Shown: positions 48,125-57,339 of the stretch, piece after piece | How positions within the stretch are numbered: position 1 is the stretch's first letter | Layout of the letters: every line of letters starts with the position of its first letter | The notes under the pieces: model-generated | Databases searched by the model: none | Told to the model about the DNA's origin: nothing | Seen by the model: the letters and a program-made list of their open reading frames with translations, nothing else | Made by a program: the position numbers and the translations under genes | NCBI GenBank assembly: GCA_030604405.1 | Contig: JAUVVY010000013.1 | Coordinates: 3,267 to 67,266, forward strand | Direction of reading: 5' to 3' | DNA from: a bacterium | GTDB lineage: Bacteria > Armatimonadota > Zipacnadia > Zipacnadales > UBA11051 | DNA length: 64,000 bases

Positions 48125-51100
48125 ATGTTCCGCTTCATTTGCCCGTGTTTGCTGACAGTCTTGCTGGCAACAGCCAGTACTCATGCCGCCGCGCCGCAAC
48201 TGACCGTTCCGATGTGTGCCACGCCCCCGGTGATTGATGGCGCCCTTGCCCCCGGAGAGTGGGATTGTGCGTCGGGTCCTGGCGGTTTCAGTCTGGTCGG
48301 TGGCAAACTGCTGGCTCCTGACCAGCCGGAGGTCTATGTCACCCACGATAAGGACAATTTGTATGTGGCGGCTCGCCTGCCACTGCCGAAGGGCCGCCAG
48401 CCCAAGATGGCGGTTACGCAGCGTGACGGGCCGGTCTGGGAAGATGACGCCTTCGAGGTATTCCTGGACCCGTCGGCAAAGCGCGGATCCTATTATCAGC
48501 TCATTGTCAATGCGGGCGGCACACAGTGGGACGCGGTCAAGAAGAGCGGGTCGTGGAACGCCGAATGGACTGCCAAGACACACGTGGGGGAGATGGGTTG
48601 GGTCCTTGAAGAGGCCGTACCCTTTGCCTCGCTCAGGGTCTCAACGCCAAGGGACGGCGAATCGTGGGCCGTCAACTTCGCCTGGGACCGGTTCACTCCG
48701 TGGGGGTTCATCGGCACTTGGGCCCCGATGTCCAGCAACCTGCATGACCCGGGCCGTTTCGGCACTCTGGTCTTCTCGTCAAAAGCGCCCCCGGTGGCGC
48801 TTTTCGGTCCCTATATGAAGTCGGGCGGTGGCCTGCAGATGCATGGCAGATGGGGCCCAAGCGGCGGCGTATTGCAGGCAGAATTGAATTTGAGCCGCTC
48901 GCACGGCGGCAAGACTGAGAATATCGGTGCGGTCAAACAGACGGGCGGACAGACGCGGGAGGACTTCGGGCTGGAGGTCAAGCTCCCCCAGGAACAGGGC
49001 TTCAATGCGCCGGGGGACTATCAGTTGACGGCACAGGTGAAGAATGGCGATCAGATAGTCTGGTCAACGGAGGTGACCGCGACCGTGAAGGGGCCTCTAG
49101 ATGTGGAGGTTGAGAAGTATTGGCTCGCAGGCAAGCTAATAATCCATCTCAATGCTTCGGGATTGACCCGCACACCGCAGCAACTTGGCGCTGCGGTGAA
49201 GCTGCTGGATGACGCAGGCAACACCGCCGCCGAGATCACCGTTGAGAAGTTTCCACCCAATGGGAAAGCGGATCTCACATTCGATGCTGCGGAATTGAAG
49301 CCTGGCAACTACAACCTGCAAGCGGAGGCCTACAGTGCAGACAAACAGGCGCTTTATGCTGCGACCGTGGCTCTGGAGAAGCCCGCACGACCCGCATGGC
49401 TGGGCAGCAAGGCGGGCATCAGCGATGAGGTTCTGCCGCCATGGACGCCGCTGAAGGTCTCAGGTAACCAGGTCATGTCCTGGGGCCGCACCTATGCCTT
49501 CGGCCGCCTGCCCTTCCCGTCTTCTGTCATCACCAGGGACACGGAAGTGCTGGCCGGGCCGATTACTCTCAGCGGCTCCGTTGATGGCAAGAAGCTGGCC
49601 TGGAGCGGCACAGATTGCCTGGTGGCCGAGGCCAAACCGCACCTGGTGCGACTGGCCGGCAGTGCCGAGGCCGGCGGTCTTACCTGCGAGGGCACGGTCA
49701 GCCTCGAATACGACGGAATGATCCGGTCGGACTTCAGGCTCATCCCCGACGGCGAAGTGCACCTGGACGCCTTGGCCCTGGAGATCCCCATCAAGCCGGA
49801 GTACGCGAAGTACCTATACCACTGGCCTGGGAGGTGGGGCAGTGCCTATAACGCCGGCGCTCTGCCCGAGGACGGCTATCACGGGCCCTTTAAGCCGATC
49901 TTCTGGCTTGGTGATGAGTGGCGCGGCTTCTGTTGGTTCTCGGAATCCGACCGCAACTTCTTCAATGAGGAGGATGCCAATGTAGTTGACATCGGCCGCC
50001 AGGGAGATGTGGTAATGCTACGGGTCAATATCATTGGCAAGCCGCAGACTATCAGCCGGCCCCTGGACTATACCTTCGGCTTTCAGGCCACGCCGGTCAA
50101 GCCGATGTCTCCGGACGTGTGGGACTACCGCATAATGCATGCCGGCAATTACGGCATCGAGGAGCGCCCGTTCTTCAGGCCCGCCACTATTTCTTATCCC
50201 GCCGAGGGGCACCTGGACCTCGAACGTGGCACCTTCGAATGTTGGATCAGACCACATTTTGACCCCGATCCCGACTTTGATCCCAATGACCCGAAGCGCG
50301 CGGCGCTCAATCGCAGTCTGCTGGATATCGAACTGGGCAATGATTGCCACGTCGGCTTCTACTGGAACATAGACGACCGCGGCATGCGACTTTACTATAA
50401 GCAGGGGACAAGTTATCCGCTGCTGCTGACCACACATCCGAAGTGGCAGGCCGGGCAGTGGCACCACGTCGCCTTCACCTGGGGCGAGGCGACCTGCGTG
50501 TACCTGGATGGTGAGAAAGTGGCGGAACGCACCTTTGAGGGCCTCCTGCCGGGCGACCCGCCGAACGCCAAGATAACCCTGGGCAAGAGGCCGTGCGAGA
50601 TGGATATTGATGAGCTGCGTTTCTCCTCGGTCGCGCGGGAGAGCTTCGACCTGGGCGAGCCGCCGCAGGCCGATGATACCACGCTGCTGTTAGACCACCT
50701 CGACGAAGACTTCGTGCCTGATGGTAGGAAGAAAACCTCCCCTGCCAGGGGCGATGGAGGCACTGTCACTGGCGGCATCTTCGGTGAGGGCAAGTTCGGC
50801 CAGGCCCTGGCTCTGCGCGACGCCGGTCTGAAGAGGACTTACCTGGACTATCTATCCGAATGTGGCGTGCGTACCATCTGCTTCCACGAGCACTGGACAG
50901 ATATCCAGTCCTATCCCGCCACCACCCACACCGAGCAGTTGCACAAGCTGGTCAAGGGCTGCCATGACAAGAACATCCAGCTTCTGCTCTACCACGGGTA
51001 CTTGATGAGCAACATCGCTCCTGAGTGGGATAACTACCATGAGGAATGTCTGGTCTATCCGCGCCGTGGCGAGTACTCCCGCAAACCGGAGCAGAAGGCG

Positions 51101-51952
51101 TACATCGTCTGCTTCCGCAGCGCCTGGCAGGACTTCATAGCAGATGGCCTGGACAAGCAGATGACCGAATTCGGCACCGACGGGGTCTATCTCGACGGCA
51201 CCTCGGAGCCGTGGGGCTGCAAGAACCTGCACCACGGCTGCGGCTACGTCAAGTCGGATGGCACGATCGGGACAACCTACTCGTTTTTCGCCACGCGCGC
51301 GATGATGAAGCGCATCTACACGATCGTCAAGCAGCACAATCCTGATGGACAGGTCAACGTCCACCAGTCCACCTGCATGACCATCCCCACCCTGGCCTTC
51401 GCTACCAGCTACTGGGACGGCGAGCAGTTCGGCGCCATTGAGCGTGGGCCGTACGCGCTGGAGGTGTTGCCCCTCGAGGCCTTTCGCTGCGAGTTCATGG
51501 GGCACAACTGGGGTGTACCGGCGGAGTTCCTCTGCTACAACCGCCCCTACACCTATCACGAAGCCATGGCCTTCACACTCCTGCATGATGTCCTGGTGCG
51601 TCAGAACCTCGCAGAGCAGACCAAGCTGTGGTCGGCAATGGAACAGTTCGGGCGCAAGCAGGCCACCTGGCTGCCGTATTGGGAGAACCAGCGATATGTC
51701 CGCACCAACTCCCCGGATGTCAAGGTGAGCATATACAACCGCCCGGGACAGGGCTTCGTGGCGGTGATAAGCAACCTGGGCGCCGGCGAGCGGACAGCCC
51801 GCGTCAGCTTCGATCTGGCGCGACTGCAGCAGTCCGGCGATCTGATCGCGTATGACATCCTCCACGACGAGGAGATCCCCGTGAAAGGCGGACGGCTGAC
51901 AGTACCGCTGCAGTCGCTGGACTATGTGGTAGTGTGGCTGAGGGCCGGCTAG
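48125..51952 (+). CDS. very large secreted glycoside-hydrolase-like protein with CBM9-like N-terminal module and LamG-like domain
   Basis: Signal peptide MFRFICPCLLTVLLATASTHAAA. CBM9-like block (IDGALAPGEW…DNLYVAARL…DDAFEVFLDP…YYQLIVNAGG). Mid LamG-like region. C-terminal TIM-barrel-like region with HEHW…YHGY… GGAGG RBS. Confidence 0.6.
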   Translation: MFRFICPCLLTVLLATASTHAAAPQLTVPMCATPPVIDGALAPGEWDCASGPGGFSLVGGKLLAPDQPEVYVTHDKDNLYVAARLPLPKGRQPKMAVTQRDGPVWEDDAFEVFLDPSAKRGSYYQLIVNAGGTQWDAVKKSGSWNAEWTAKTHVGEMGWVLEEAVPFASLRVSTPRDGESWAVNFAWDRFTPWGFIGTWAPMSSNLHDPGRFGTLVFSSKAPPVALFGPYMKSGGGLQMHGRWGPSGGVLQAELNLSRSHGGKTENIGAVKQTGGQTREDFGLEVKLPQEQGFNAPGDYQLTAQVKNGDQIVWSTEVTATVKGPLDVEVEKYWLAGKLIIHLNASGLTRTPQQLGAAVKLLDDAGNTAAEITVEKFPPNGKADLTFDAAELKPGNYNLQAEAYSADKQALYAATVALEKPARPAWLGSKAGISDEVLPPWTPLKVSGNQVMSWGRTYAFGRLPFPSSVITRDTEVLAGPITLSGSVDGKKLAWSGTDCLVAEAKPHLVRLAGSAEAGGLTCEGTVSLEYDGMIRSDFRLIPDGEVHLDALALEIPIKPEYAKYLYHWPGRWGSAYNAGALPEDGYHGPFKPIFWLGDEWRGFCWFSESDRNFFNEEDANVVDIGRQGDVVMLRVNIIGKPQTISRPLDYTFGFQATPVKPMSPDVWDYRIMHAGNYGIEERPFFRPATISYPAEGHLDLERGTFECWIRPHFDPDPDFDPNDPKRAALNRSLLDIELGNDCHVGFYWNIDDRGMRLYYKQGTSYPLLLTTHPKWQAGQWHHVAFTWGEATCVYLDGEKVAERTFEGLLPGDPPNAKITLGKRPCEMDIDELRFSSVARESFDLGEPPQADDTTLLLDHLDEDFVPDGRKKTSPARGDGGTVTGGIFGEGKFGQALALRDAGLKRTYLDYLSECGVRTICFHEHWTDIQSYPATTHTEQLHKLVKGCHDKNIQLLLYHGYLMSNIAPEWDNYHEECLVYPRRGEYSRKPEQKAYIVCFRSAWQDFIADGLDKQMTEFGTDGVYLDGTSEPWGCKNLHHGCGYVKSDGTIGTTYSFFATRAMMKRIYTIVKQHNPDGQVNVHQSTCMTIPTLAFATSYWDGEQFGAIERGPYALEVLPLEAFRCEFMGHNWGVPAEFLCYNRPYTYHEAMAFTLLHDVLVRQNLAEQTKLWSAMEQFGRKQATWLPYWENQRYVRTNSPDVKVSIYNRPGQGFVAVISNLGAGERTARVSFDLARLQQSGDLIAYDILHDEEIPVKGGRLTVPLQSLDYVVVWLRAG

Positions 51953-51976
51953 GTACGAAAAGTCCTAACCTATCGA

Positions 51977-52762
51977 CTAGCGCCGCTGCGGCCGCAGTGT
52001 GTATATTACGAAGGCGAACGGGATCACGGCCGCCGCTGTGATCAGCATCAGCACCAGTGCCAACCCCCAGACCCCGAACAGCCTCCTGGCGGTAGGCAGC
52101 AGCCAGTCGGCGGCTGTTGTCAGCATGTGGTCGAGGCTCGCGGCGTGTTGGGAGCTAACTAGCATCAAGATGAGCCCCAGCGTAATTCCGCCGAGCGCGG
52201 GGATGGCGTATCGCAGGTCGGTCGGACTTGGCGAAATCTCGGCGCCGATAGTCAGCGCCGCGTAAAGGAATACGTAAGTCTGCCACTGGTGCCAGTCCAG
52301 GCTGCCCAGCAGCAGTAGGAATTGGTCAGCCACGGCGCGAAACATACTTATGTCCGCGGTCGGCTCGCCGGCCTGATGGTCAATAATACCAAATGCCCGG
52401 CCTACGCCCACCAGCGCCATGGTGCCTACTACCAGTGGCATGAGCGCCGCCGCACCGTCGGCAAGCCACGGGAAGGTGATAGGCGACCACGGCTTGCCGC
52501 GAATACAAGCCCCGGCCTTCTTCGGGTCGAACACGCAGAATATCACGTGCCGCACTCTGTACCCGAACAGCAGATAGCCCAGGGCATGGCTGGTTTCGTG
52601 AATGATGTTTCCGGGCATTCGCAGCAGCGTTACCACGCCGCCGCCCTTGCGGTCGGCGAAGGCCGACACCATGGCCTGGAAAAGCAGTCGGGAAAGCAGC
52701 ATCAATAACAAAGCCTGCGCCACCAGGGCAGGCAGATACTTGAAGCCGGGATGCAGATCCAT
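51977..52762 (-). CDS. M50B-like integral membrane zinc metallopeptidase
   Basis: HExxH-type motif IHETSHALG inside a multi-TM protein of about 260 aa. TATAAT sits 9 nt upstream of the ATG, so the transcript is possibly leaderless. The ORF also opens at 52831. Confidence 0.45.
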   Translation of the reverse strand: MDLHPGFKYLPALVAQALLLMLLSRLLFQAMVSAFADRKGGGVVTLLRMPGNIIHETSHALGYLLFGYRVRHVIFCVFDPKKAGACIRGKPWSPITFPWLADGAAALMPLVVGTMALVGVGRAFGIIDHQAGEPTADISMFRAVADQFLLLLGSLDWHQWQTYVFLYAALTIGAEISPSPTDLRYAIPALGGITLGLILMLVSSQHAASLDHMLTTAADWLLPTARRLFGVWGLALVLMLITAAAVIPFAFVIYTLRPQRR

Positions 52763-52818
52763 AACCCGCCTATTATAGCAAAAACCATTGTCCAACCCAA
52801 TCACAAGGAGAGACACGG

Positions 52819-53754
52819 ATGAAAGTGACAATTGTGGGCGCGGGTAATGTCGGCGCCACCTGTGCTCAGAGAATCGTTGAATCCGATATGGCCGATGTCT
52901 ATCTGGTAGATGTCATTGAGGGCCTGGGCATGGGCAAGGCGCTCGATATTGCGGAGGCCGCCCCGGTCGTCGGCCACAGTCGCCACATCGAGGGCGGTCA
53001 GGACTACGCGCCCGCCGCTGGCTCAGACATTGTCATCTTGACCGCCGGCAAGCCGCGCACACCAGGCATGTCGCGCGACGACCTGCTGCAGGTCAATGCG
53101 GCTATCACCACTTCCGTGGTCGAAAGCATCATGGCAGTTGCACCTGGTGCCCTGCTGCTGATGGTCGCCAATCCGCTGGATGTCACCACCTATGTCGCTC
53201 AGCGGGTCTCAGGCCTGCCCCGCGAGCGCGTCATCGGCATGGCCGGGGTGCTGGATAGCTCCCGTTTCCGCGCCTTCATCGCTATGGAGCTAGGCTGCTG
53301 TCCGTCCGAAGTCACTGCCATGGTGCTGGGCGGTCACGGGGATTCGATGGTGCCGCTGCCCAGGCACAGCGCTGTCTCGGGCATTCCGGTCACGCAACTG
53401 ATCCCGGCTGGCCGGCTTGAGGCCATCGTCGAGCGCACCCGCAAAGCTGGTGGTGAGATCGTGAGCTATCTCAAGACCGGCAGTGCTTTCTACGCGCCCT
53501 CGGCGGCTATTGCTCAGATGGTCGGCTCGATACTGCGCGACGAGAAGCGCATTCTTGCGACCTGCGTCAAGCTCGAGGGCGAATATGGCATTGATGATGT
53601 CTTCCTCGGCGTGCCTGCTGTGCTCGGCGCTAGTGGCATGGAGCAGGTTGTCGAGGTGGAACTCAGCGATGAAGAGCGCGCCGCGCTGCACGCATCGGCG
53701 GACCATGTGCGCGAGACAATTGCGCAATGGCAGAAACTGCAGCAGGAAAGTTGA
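52819..53754 (+). CDS. mdh: malate dehydrogenase, NAD-dependent (LDH-like MDH)
   Basis: MKVTIVGAGNVGATCA Rossmann motif. LDH/MDH catalytic region …GGHGDSMVP… AAGGAGAG RBS. Confidence 0.85.
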   Translation: MKVTIVGAGNVGATCAQRIVESDMADVYLVDVIEGLGMGKALDIAEAAPVVGHSRHIEGGQDYAPAAGSDIVILTAGKPRTPGMSRDDLLQVNAAITTSVVESIMAVAPGALLLMVANPLDVTTYVAQRVSGLPRERVIGMAGVLDSSRFRAFIAMELGCCPSEVTAMVLGGHGDSMVPLPRHSAVSGIPVTQLIPAGRLEAIVERTRKAGGEIVSYLKTGSAFYAPSAAIAQMVGSILRDEKRILATCVKLEGEYGIDDVFLGVPAVLGASGMEQVVEVELSDEERAALHASADHVRETIAQWQKLQQES

Positions 53755-53923
53755 GCCCTGGCCGCGCCCGTGCAGCTTGGGCTTCCAGCCCGAGATAATT
53801 TCTTGCATATCAGTAGGAAACCGCGGCCGTGTCGCGAAGAAGTAAAATGGAAAAGCCCACACGCCGCGCGGTTGATGCTTTTCTCGGGTCACTGACAGGG
53901 GCTATAAGCGAGATTGAACTGCA

Positions 53924-54763
53924 ATGCGAGAAATAGATTGCCAGATTATCACTGATACCGTTTATGACCTGGTGCTGAAGGCCAGCTACATCCTGCCGGG
54001 CCCGGTGCTGGAGGCTCTTCAAGATGCGCTTACTCAGGAGACCGACGTGGCCCGTACCGTCATGGAAACGCTGGTCGAGAATGCCCGCATTGCTGCCACG
54101 ACAAAGATACCACTGTGCCAGGATTGCGGGCTGGTCGTCGTCTTCGCGGAGATCGGCCGCGACTGCCATCTGAGCGGCGACCTGTATGCGGCCATCAATG
54201 AGGGTGTCGCACGGGCTTACGAGGATGGCTATCTGCGCAAATCGGTGCTGGCCGATCCACTGCGCCGCGACAGCAACACCGGGGATAACACTCCGGCGGT
54301 GGTGCACCTCACTTTGACCGACGGCGATCGGGTCAACCTGCACCTGGCTCCCAAGGGCGGCGGCAGCGAGAACATGAGCGTGGTGGACATGCTGGTGCCT
54401 GCCGTTGGGCGTCAGGGCGTCATTGACTGCGTGGTGGAGCAGGTGGTTGCCGGCGGCGGCAAGCCCTGCCCGCCGCTGGTGCTTGGGGTGGGCCTGGGCG
54501 GCACCATGGACAAAGCGGCCGTTCTGTCCAAATGGGCCATCATGCGCTCTCTGGGCGAGCCGAGCCCCGATCCCGAGACAGCCGAGCTTGAGCGCGACAT
54601 CCTGGCGGCGGTGAATGCCACCGGCGTCGGGCCGATGGGACTCGGCGGGAGGACTACTGCGCTCGCGGTGCATGTGGAGAAATACCCGTGCCACATCGCC
54701 AGTTTGCCGTTGGCCATCAACCTGCAGTGCCACGCCGCCCGCCACCAGCAGGCGACGATATAG
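53924..54763 (+). CDS. class I fumarate hydratase (Fe-S hydro-lyase) alpha subunit, TtdA/FumA-N type
   Basis: About 280 aa with the Fe-S hydro-lyase alpha pattern (…KIPLCQDCGLVVVFAEIG…LAPKGGGSEN…). The paired beta subunit is at 55441. Confidence 0.75.
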   Translation: MREIDCQIITDTVYDLVLKASYILPGPVLEALQDALTQETDVARTVMETLVENARIAATTKIPLCQDCGLVVVFAEIGRDCHLSGDLYAAINEGVARAYEDGYLRKSVLADPLRRDSNTGDNTPAVVHLTLTDGDRVNLHLAPKGGGSENMSVVDMLVPAVGRQGVIDCVVEQVVAGGGKPCPPLVLGVGLGGTMDKAAVLSKWAIMRSLGEPSPDPETAELERDILAAVNATGVGPMGLGGRTTALAVHVEKYPCHIASLPLAINLQCHAARHQQATI

Positions 54764-54806
54764 GATAGATTGACACGACTGCCAAGAAAGATTTGGAGTG
54801 ATTTGC

Positions 54807-55049
54807 ATGGACAAGCAGGAGCTATTGAAACGGATTACTATGAATCCTGATGTCATGCTTGGCAAGCCAACGATTCGCGGCATGAGGATTACGGTCGAGC
54901 AGATAATCGAGGCTCTCGCAGGCGGTATCACTGTGCAGGGGCTGTTGAGCGATTACCCTCAGTTGGAGACCGAAGATATTCTCGCCGCTTTGGCGTACGC
55001 AAGTGAGCTAGTCAGCGAAGAGCGTGTATTTCCGGTGCAGGGATCATGA
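54807..55049 (+). CDS. DUF433 domain protein (putative antitoxin)
   Basis: DUF433 core LGKPTIRGMRITVEQIIEALAGG. GGAG RBS. The stop overlaps the next start (ATGA). Confidence 0.7.
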   Translation: MDKQELLKRITMNPDVMLGKPTIRGMRITVEQIIEALAGGITVQGLLSDYPQLETEDILAALAYASELVSEERVFPVQGS

Positions 55050-55426
55050 GCAAACTCAGCTTCCTGGTAGATGTTGGGGTGGGCAGGGCAGTGGAAGAGG
55101 CCCTGAAAGAGCTAGGTCACAATGTCATCTCCGTAGCCGACATCAACCCCGGCATGGCGGATGCTGACATACTCGCACTTGCCAGGCACAAGGGCTGTAT
55201 TGTCGTAACTATGGATGGCGATTTCGGAGAGTATGTCTATCATCAACATGAAAGCCACCAAGGTGTCCTTCTGCTGCGCCTGGGAGATGCCACAGGACCC
55301 GAGAAGGCCGAGGTCGTTTCGGCAATAGTAGAGGAACACTGGCACAGACTTCCTGAGGCACTCGCTGTATATCACAATGCCCGGCTTCGCATCAGGGGAG
55401 GCAAGAATAGCTCACCACCTCACTGA
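55046..55426 (+). CDS. DUF5615 family PIN-like (Mut7-C-type) putative toxin/nuclease
   Basis: Acidic PIN-like residues FLVDVGV, DADIL, TMDGDFGE. 4-bp ATGA overlap with the DUF433 gene. Confidence 0.65.
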   Translation: MSKLSFLVDVGVGRAVEEALKELGHNVISVADINPGMADADILALARHKGCIVVTMDGDFGEYVYHQHESHQGVLLLRLGDATGPEKAEVVSAIVEEHWHRLPEALAVYHNARLRIRGGKNSSPPH

Positions 55427-55440
55427 GCAATGGAAAGCCT

Positions 55441-55983
55441 ATGACTACACAACTGACAACGCCGATGGACAAGCAGGCTCTGGCCGAATTGCGGGCCGGT
55501 GATGAGGTCGAGATTACAGGCACCGTCTATACCGCGCGCGACGCCGCACACGTGAAGCTCTTTGAGCTTCTTGATACCGGCCAGGCGCTGCCGTTCGAAC
55601 TTGAGGGGCAAGTGATTTACTATTGTGGGCCGGCGCCCACGCCGCCCGGGAAGGCCATCGGCTCGGCGGGGCCGACCACTGCCTACCGCATGGATGCCTT
55701 TGCCCCGAGGTTGTACGCCCTGGGGCTAGCCGCCACCATCGGCAAGGGCGACCGGAGCATGTCAGTACGGGAAGCATGCAAGGAATTTGGCGCAGTTTAC
55801 CTCGTAGCCGTCGGCGGTGCAGGCGCGCTGCTTGCGGAGCGGGTCACGGCTGCCGAGGTGATTGCCTATCCGGAGCTGGGCCCGGAGGCTATTGCGCGCC
55901 TGACTGTTGAAGCGTTTCCCGCCATTGTTGGATACGACACCGCAGGCAACAGCGTTTTCCCAGCGGACGCACAGCATCCGTGA
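55441..55983 (+). CDS. class I fumarate hydratase (Fe-S hydro-lyase) beta subunit, TtdB/FumA-C type
   Basis: About 180 aa with the beta-subunit pattern (…GTVYTARDAAHVKL…YYCGPAPTPPG…VAVGGAGAL…). Confidence 0.75.
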   Translation: MTTQLTTPMDKQALAELRAGDEVEITGTVYTARDAAHVKLFELLDTGQALPFELEGQVIYYCGPAPTPPGKAIGSAGPTTAYRMDAFAPRLYALGLAATIGKGDRSMSVREACKEFGAVYLVAVGGAGALLAERVTAAEVIAYPELGPEAIARLTVEAFPAIVGYDTAGNSVFPADAQHP

Positions 55984-56011
55984 GGATGAATCCATGTAAC
56001 GGTTGTGAGAG

Positions 56012-57331
56012 ATGCTTCGCAGACCGGTTTCAAATCTGTTGTACGATCTGGCACGTCTGGCGTTCGCCGTCGGCACCTGGGGGGCAGGCACAGCGGCACG
56101 GCTGCTGCGGTTGAGTGTGGCTGTGTGGCCCGACCATCCGCGTGCCGCCGCGTGGCTTATGTACGTCGAGGCCTTGCGGGCGATGCGTCACGGCGATTGC
56201 GAAGCGGCGATCGCTCTGCTGAAGGAGGCGGCCGCCAGGCTGCCCGATGCGGTTGTGATCCGGGCTAATCTCGGTATCGCCTACGCTCTTGAGGGTGCTT
56301 ACGATGACGCCATCTACAACATCGAGGCGGTGTTCAAGGAGGGCTGGTCACCGGCGCGCGCCGGTGACCTGTGGGCCATCTTGGTATGGTCGTATTTGCG
56401 AACCGGCCGCCTGCCCAGAGCCAAGGACACCTGCGAACGGGCTGCCGAGCACAACGTTGACACGCCCAGATTGCTGTTGCTGCGCGCAGTGGTGGCTGGT
56501 GTGCAAGGCGGAGCGGTGCCGACGGAAGAGATTAGTCGGCTGCTGCGCGTGACGCCGACGAGCGCCCCCATGGTTCTCGAATATGCCCAATACTTGGCCG
56601 CAAGGGGCAAACATGAATTGGCTTGCCAACTGATTGAGAGTCTCCCGCCCGAGTCCTGGGGCCAGGGCTACCGTGTTGTGGCATATTCGGCGCTTAACGC
56701 GGGTGATATGGGCACGGCGTCATGGGCTGCGGCCCGCTGCGAGGAGGCGGGGGACGATGCGGCAGCGGTGGCAATGTTGCGCTCGGAGATCGCGCTGAGC
56801 CAGCGGCACGCTGAAGAGGCTCTGAGCCATGCACGCCGGGCACTGGAAAGCAGTGGAAACAGTGCGGAGGCCCACGAACAGTTGGGCAAGGCGCTGCTGT
56901 CGTGCGGCGACTGGGCAGAGGCCGTGGCGCAGATGATCGAGGCGCTCCACACCGGTAAGGGCTCTGCCCTGGCGGCCGGGCTAGCGGCTCTGGCCTCGAT
57001 CAATGCTGGCGATTTCGCGACGGCTCGCGGTCTGTTTACGGGTCGGCGCACCGGCGACGGGCTGGGGGTGGCGTGTGCTCATGTCGCCCAGTGTCGCATT
57101 ATGCAGCATGAGGAGAACTACGAAGAGGCCCTGAAGCTGGCTTCCTGGGCTCTGGATGAGATCGAGCATCTCCACGCCTGGCTCGCCCTGGAGCCGCTCA
57201 TTGAACGCCTTACTGATGAACTCAGCTTCGCTCTCGGCCAGATTAGCTCCGCCGACAACAGCGACGAACTTGCCGATCTGCAACGCCGCGTAGCCCACAT
57301 CAGAGCCCATTGGTTGAGCGCCTCACAGTAG
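56012..57331 (+). CDS. TPR-like helical repeat protein
   Basis: 439 aa, Ala/Leu-rich with repeated helical hairpins (…EAHEQLGKALLSCGDWAEAVAQ…). Convergent with the large TPR gene. Confidence 0.5.
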   Translation: MLRRPVSNLLYDLARLAFAVGTWGAGTAARLLRLSVAVWPDHPRAAAWLMYVEALRAMRHGDCEAAIALLKEAAARLPDAVVIRANLGIAYALEGAYDDAIYNIEAVFKEGWSPARAGDLWAILVWSYLRTGRLPRAKDTCERAAEHNVDTPRLLLLRAVVAGVQGGAVPTEEISRLLRVTPTSAPMVLEYAQYLAARGKHELACQLIESLPPESWGQGYRVVAYSALNAGDMGTASWAAARCEEAGDDAAAVAMLRSEIALSQRHAEEALSHARRALESSGNSAEAHEQLGKALLSCGDWAEAVAQMIEALHTGKGSALAAGLAALASINAGDFATARGLFTGRRTGDGLGVACAHVAQCRIMQHEENYEEALKLASWALDEIEHLHAWLALEPLIERLTDELSFALGQISSADNSDELADLQRRVAHIRAHWLSASQ

Positions 57332-57339
57332 CAGGCCGG

